Shown: positions 59,902-64,000 of the stretch, piece by piece
Layout: every line of letters starts with the position of its first letter
Position numbering within the stretch: position 1 is the first letter of the stretch
Assembly (NCBI GenBank): GCA_033763315.1
Contig: JANRKS010000009.1
Coordinates: 224,001 to 288,000, forward strand
Source: Deltaproteobacteria bacterium
GTDB taxonomy: Bacteria; Myxococcota_A; Polyangia; Fen-1088
Reading direction: 5' to 3'
Length of the DNA: 64,000 nt
Notes under the pieces: generated by a model
The model's input: the letters and a program-made list of their open reading frames with translations, nothing else
The model's database searches: none
Told to the model about the DNA's origin: nothing
Translations under genes and position numbers: made by a program

Positions 59902-61133
59902 CCCAGCACCTCGATGACCAACGGCTGGCCTTCACTGTCGGCGAGCTCCAGAAGATCGCCCGCCAGGAGTTCGCAGGTTCGCCCCACAAGTTGCCCAGCC
60001 ACGCGGACCGGCAGGCTTGCCACGCGTTCAAGCCGCGCCACGCCCCCTTCCAAATTCAGCATCAGCCCCTGCGCGGTCGGAAAAGCCCACGCGAGATCAA
60101 GCGGCGATTCGCCAACGATGGCACGCATGGCCCGATCGAGCCCAGAGAGTCCTTTGACATGAACGGCCCTCGCGTCTGTGCCCGACACACGTTCGATCAC
60201 AAGCCTGCACGAGGGACCCAGGCCCACCTCCGTGGCCGCGCGGATGGGCACGCGACCCACCAAACGGGCCGCGCCCAGCGTGGTGCCCGCGCGTGAGTTC
60301 GCGTCCTCCACCGCCAGGTCATCGCCGTCGCTTACGATCGCAGCGTGACGCCGCGACACACCTGGATCGCGAAGCGGCACTTGCACGCCGGCTTCACGCC
60401 CCAACACCGCGGGCGTGCCAGCAAACCGGCACGAAAGCGCTGCGCCCGTGCGGACGCGCAAGTTCAACGTGCGTCCGCGGCACAGGTGCTTTTGCAGGTG
60501 ATCCCGCGTTTGCAGAAGGCCCGCTTGAATCAATAAGTCGTAAGGCGCACCCTCAAGCAGCATCAGCGCGGCCACGCGTTCGCCTGACTCAATCAACGTT
60601 TCGGCTTTGCGGGTTAACTGCGTGGCCGCACGACGTGCGCCACGGCGGCGTTCGATGCGCTCGTGACACGCCTCCATCTTCTCAAGATCGCCGGTGGCGC
60701 CGTAGGCATCGGCCGCGCGCCCATCCTCGTGGGCGCGTTCGAATAGGCGCGCCGCTTCTTTAGGATCACCCGCGGCCATCAGCAGCTCGCCCGCCAACGC
60801 GAGCAACGGGCGCTCCTGCTGGGTCACCGGGTCGTGGCGCAAGCGTTTGGCAAGGCTGCGGCCCGCCAAAGCGCGCAGCGCCGCGATCTCGCGAACGATT
60901 GCCGGCCGCTGGCTGCGGGCTTCAGGCATGCGGGCCAAGGCTCGATCCACAGCACGCGCGGCGGCCGCCAGCTCCTCCAGTGGGACCACATCAAGCGTGG
61001 CGTGCGATAGCAGCAGGTCTACCGAACTCCAGCTGCGCTCTTCCACAAGCCGTTCAGCCAAGCGGGCCAGGCGCCCCACGTTGGCCGCCGCCTCGATCTG
61101 GGCGGGCGAGAGGAGCAGGAGTTCCTCAGCCAT
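59898..61133 (-). CDS. FHA-domain protein with helical N-terminus
   Basis: VLGRE..DPGVSRRHA..EDANSRAGT; stop overlaps the kinase start (GTGA). Confidence 0.85.
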   Translation of the reverse strand: MAEELLLLSPAQIEAAANVGRLARLAERLVEERSWSSVDLLLSHATLDVVPLEELAAAARAVDRALARMPEARSQRPAIVREIAALRALAGRSLAKRLRHDPVTQQERPLLALAGELLMAAGDPKEAARLFERAHEDGRAADAYGATGDLEKMEACHERIERRRGARRAATQLTRKAETLIESGERVAALMLLEGAPYDLLIQAGLLQTRDHLQKHLCRGRTLNLRVRTGAALSCRFAGTPAVLGREAGVQVPLRDPGVSRRHAAIVSDGDDLAVEDANSRAGTTLGAARLVGRVPIRAATEVGLGPSCRLVIERVSGTDARAVHVKGLSGLDRAMRAIVGESPLDLAWAFPTAQGLMLNLEGGVARLERVASLPVRVAGQLVGRTCELLAGDLLELADSEGQPLVIEVLG

Positions 61134-61174
61134 GGCTCAGATCATAGCGTGGTGCTGCGTGGAGGCCAACAGGG

Positions 61175-61795
61175 TCACGCGTGTTTGATGCGGCGGACGA
61201 CCTCGCGCAAACGTCGTGAGCCGCCGCCTTCACGGAACAAAAAGCGGATGCCCGTCCCGTCGTCGCCCGCGTGGTAGAGCACGCGCCCTGCGAGATCCAT
61301 GGGCGATTCCCCTCCCGGCGGCGTGAACTCGAGCACCACATCGGTGTCGATGGGTGGAGGCGTGATCCCCCCCACCAAGGCGCCACTCACGCTGATCTCC
61401 CGAAGGTCGACATCCAGAATGTGGGGGTCGTTCGTGATCCGCAGACGCGCGGGCAAGGCCACCGGCAAGCGCGTGTGTTTGCGTTTGGGTGTCGGGGGGC
61501 GCAACCCGCGCAGCGTCTCAATCACAAACGCCACCTTCTGTTGTTCGCTGGGATCGAACAACACTTGGGCTCCGGCGCGCACCCGCAAGCGGGGCAACGC
61601 GGGCCGCCACTCAAGCACGCTGCCTTTGATCATCACCCGGTTCGGCAGCGCTTTACACACCAGTTCGATGACCACGCTTGCACCCACTTCCAACGCTGTG
61701 GTGGTGGGACAAAATACGGCGGGGCCGTTTTCGGTGTGTTGCAGAACGCCGCCGAAATCCTCCGCGTTCTGGCATCGAAGCCTCAAGATGTTCAA
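61175..61795 (-). CDS. Tandem PilZ-like domain protein
   Basis: C-terminal RKHTR (RxxxR), EISVSG, GRVLY, GIRF; degenerate N-terminal PilZ-like barrel. Confidence 0.8.
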   Translation of the reverse strand: MNILRLRCQNAEDFGGVLQHTENGPAVFCPTTTALEVGASVVIELVCKALPNRVMIKGSVLEWRPALPRLRVRAGAQVLFDPSEQQKVAFVIETLRGLRPPTPKRKHTRLPVALPARLRITNDPHILDVDLREISVSGALVGGITPPPIDTDVVLEFTPPGGESPMDLAGRVLYHAGDDGTGIRFLFREGGGSRRLREVVRRIKHA

Positions 61796-61858
61796 GCGTA
61801 TGCCTCGCTCGGGGGATGGCCGTGGGACTCATAGTGTACTAGCTTCGTTGTCTGCGTT

Positions 61859-62764
61859 ATGTCAATCCGTGTTTACATTTCGGGTCAGATTGTCGAGCCC
61901 GAAGCCGCAAAGGTCTCGGTCTTCGACCGCGGCTTCCTGTTTGGCGACAGCGTTTACGAAAGCGTAGGCACAGTGGGCGGCAAGCTTTACGCCCTCAATG
62001 AACACCTTGATCGCCTGGAACGTTCGGCAGCGCGCGTGAGCCTGGTTCTGCCCCCGCGTGAGCATATCCAAGCCGCCGTGAAGGCAACGGTGGCGGCGGC
62101 AGCAAACGATGAATCGCGCGTTAGGATTATGGTCACCCGCGGCGTGGGCAAATCAGGTGAGCTGGATCCGAACGCTGCACATGAGCCGCAATTGATCGTC
62201 ATCGTCCAGCCTCTTAACCCCCCGGCGCCCGCTCTTTACAAAACGGGCGTGGCTGTTGAGGTGGTTTCGATCACGCGCAACCACGCTGGCGCATTGGATC
62301 CATCGGTGAAATCGGGAAACTACCTCAACAACGTGCTCGCCGTGGGTGAGGCGAAGGCGCGGCGGCCCGGTGTGCATGAAGCGATCTTGTGCTCGCCCGA
62401 TGGCGCCGTGGCCGAGGGCGCCACAAGCAACGTGTTCGCCTGCATTGACGGTGTATTGCAAACACCTGCGTTGAGTGTCGGCATCTTGCCGGGCATCACG
62501 CGCAGCAAAGTTTTGGCGGTGGGGCGCGCCTTGGGCGTGGCCATCCAGGAGACCTCCTTCTCGCCCGACGATTTTCGACGTGCCAGCGAGGCGTTCATCA
62601 CCAGCGCCGCGCGCGGCATCTTGCCGGTCACGCAGATCGACGGCGCGCCCGTGGGGCAGGGCGTGCCCGGCCCGCTCACGCAGCGTTTGATGGCCGGGTA
62701 TGCTGCCCAGCTGAACGCGGAACTTATGGCCGAAGCCACCAACGAAAAAGCGATGCACACGTGA
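61859..62764 (+). CDS. Class IV PLP aminotransferase (BCAT/D-amino acid aminotransferase family)
   Basis: DRGFLFGDSVYE, HLDRLERS, KSGNY (PLP Lys), EGATSN, LPGITR. Confidence 0.94.
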   Translation: MSIRVYISGQIVEPEAAKVSVFDRGFLFGDSVYESVGTVGGKLYALNEHLDRLERSAARVSLVLPPREHIQAAVKATVAAAANDESRVRIMVTRGVGKSGELDPNAAHEPQLIVIVQPLNPPAPALYKTGVAVEVVSITRNHAGALDPSVKSGNYLNNVLAVGEAKARRPGVHEAILCSPDGAVAEGATSNVFACIDGVLQTPALSVGILPGITRSKVLAVGRALGVAIQETSFSPDDFRRASEAFITSAARGILPVTQIDGAPVGQGVPGPLTQRLMAGYAAQLNAELMAEATNEKAMHT

Positions 62765-62970
62765 CCATCTTTTTCTTGCTCAGCGGCGTGCTGCTCATCG
62801 TCAGTGGTGTGCTGCAGGCAATCATACGGCCGCGCGGCGAACGCGAGAGCACGCTGGCCCGCATCCTCAACCGGTCGACCTTGCGAGCTGTTGTGTTTGT
62901 TTGCGTGGGATTGGTGGGCGTCCTGGTGGGCGTGGGTGTCTTGCACTTGCCACGCCCCCCCGGGCCGTGA
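62761..62970 (+). CDS. Small 2-TM membrane protein
   Basis: GTGA overlap with the upstream stop; two hydrophobic segments. Confidence 0.65.
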   Translation: MTIFFLLSGVLLIVSGVLQAIIRPRGERESTLARILNRSTLRAVVFVCVGLVGVLVGVGVLHLPRPPGP

Positions 62971-62977
62971 AGCTGGC

Positions 62978-64000
62978 TTATTTCTGAGACGCCAAGAACG
63001 CAACCAGGTCACGCAGCTCGCGTTTGCTCAAGATGCTGCCGAAGCCATCGGGCATGCCAGAGGCACCGGGCTCGCGGCTGGCGATGTGCTTTTTCACCAA
63101 GGTCAGCTCGCCTTCTTCTGCTGAGGCCAACTTCAACGTTGGGCCCGCGTCCTGTTTCACCGTGCCACCGTGAATGGCGCCGTCTTTCATCGTCACCAGA
63201 ACCGATTCGAAGCCCGGGGCGAAGTGCTTGCTGGGGAACACCACCGCCTCCAGCAGGTATTGGCGCGAGCGACGTTTGCCCACGGTCTTGAGCTCGGGGC
63301 CCACTTCGCCGCCATGTCCTTCCACACTGTGGCAGCGCCGACACTGCACGAGCGGGTTGTAAAGGAAGGTGCGCTGGCCCATCTCGGGATCGCCGCCGTC
63401 GACGGCTTCCAAGTAGGGCCCGATGTCAGAGTCAGGGCGCGTCTTCTCGTAAGCGTCCAGCTTGGCGAGCAACGCGGGCACGTTGCGTTTCTTGGTCGCC
63501 TCCTGCACATCCAGCGACAGCGCCACGGGCAGCTTTCCTGCAATCAATTGATCCAGCAGCGAGGCCAATGTGGCTTCAGCCCCTGGATCTTGCGCCCAAC
63601 CCAAGATGCCGATCGCGGCTTGCTTTTCACCCACGGAGCCTTTCTTCAAAGCCTCTGCCACCAACGCGGGTGCCAGCGCGGGGTTCGCCACCACGCGCTC
63701 CTTGAGCGCCCACAAGCGCACGCGGGGTGTTGGATCTTTGGAGGCCACAGGCAGCACGGTGGAAAGCTCGGGCGCTTTCAGATCCGCAAGAGCCGTCAAA
63801 GCCGAGATGCGAACGGCGTCCGTATCCCAGCGCCGTTCCACCGCTGCGGCCAGGTATGGAGCCGCGGCTTGCAGCTTGAGTCGGGCGGCCGCCTTTGCGG
63901 TGGTACGGAATACATCCACTTGCCCGCGCACCAGCAGCTTATTCAGAATCGCTGTCAAGGCGTCGGCCGCGGCCTGGGTGTCGCGTTTTCCTTGCGGAAG
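62978..64000 (-). CDS. HEAT-repeat/cytochrome c (CxxCH) protein, C-terminal part of a PVC-type membrane-bound dehydrogenase-like protein (5' truncated)
   Basis: Frame open to the window edge; GDPEMG..F..CRRCH..GEVGPEL..GMP..LVAFL. Confidence 0.85.
   Translation of the reverse strand, partial: LPQGKRDTQAAADALTAILNKLLVRGQVDVFRTTAKAAARLKLQAAAPYLAAAVERRWDTDAVRISALTALADLKAPELSTVLPVASKDPTPRVRLWALKERVVANPALAPALVAEALKKGSVGEKQAAIGILGWAQDPGAEATLASLLDQLIAGKLPVALSLDVQEATKKRNVPALLAKLDAYEKTRPDSDIGPYLEAVDGGDPEMGQRTFLYNPLVQCRRCHSVEGHGGEVGPELKTVGKRRSRQYLLEAVVFPSKHFAPGFESVLVTMKDGAIHGGTVKQDAGPTLKLASAEEGELTLVKKHIASREPGASGMPDGFGSILSKRELRDLVAFLASQK

Overview
GC-rich chromosomal backbone that looks like Myxococcota (probably Polyangia-like), inferred from a TIGR02266-type PilZ protein, a DUF1552-like Tat protein, a TolQ plus two TolR cluster, TSP3-OmpA, an FHA/Ser-Thr kinase pair and many TPR lipoproteins. 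It holds about 55 densely packed CDS. Housekeeping genes: hppA, PBP1A, yggS-maf, ruvCAB, dapF, pgk-tpiA-secG, glpD, aspS, xerD, scpAB-rluB-like, purHD and pgpA. The rest are envelope and signalling genes. I found no rRNA, tRNA, CRISPR array, prophage or transposase. Main signals: (1) a full-length PGK with several substrate- and ATP-binding residues replaced (likely pseudoenzyme); (2) an RluB-like protein with degenerate catalytic motifs; (3) a divergent K+-independent membrane pyrophosphatase apparently co-transcribed with an AglRQS-like proton-channel motor; (4) a domain-shuffled HcnABC/opine-dehydrogenase-like oxidase split around a peptidase/chaperone block; (5) TAnnnT -10 boxes 6-9 nt before many start codons (leaderless-type genes); (6) a sigma54/IHF-controlled 64-aa protein; (7) a possible purE relic. 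All family calls come from motif recognition by eye, with no database search.
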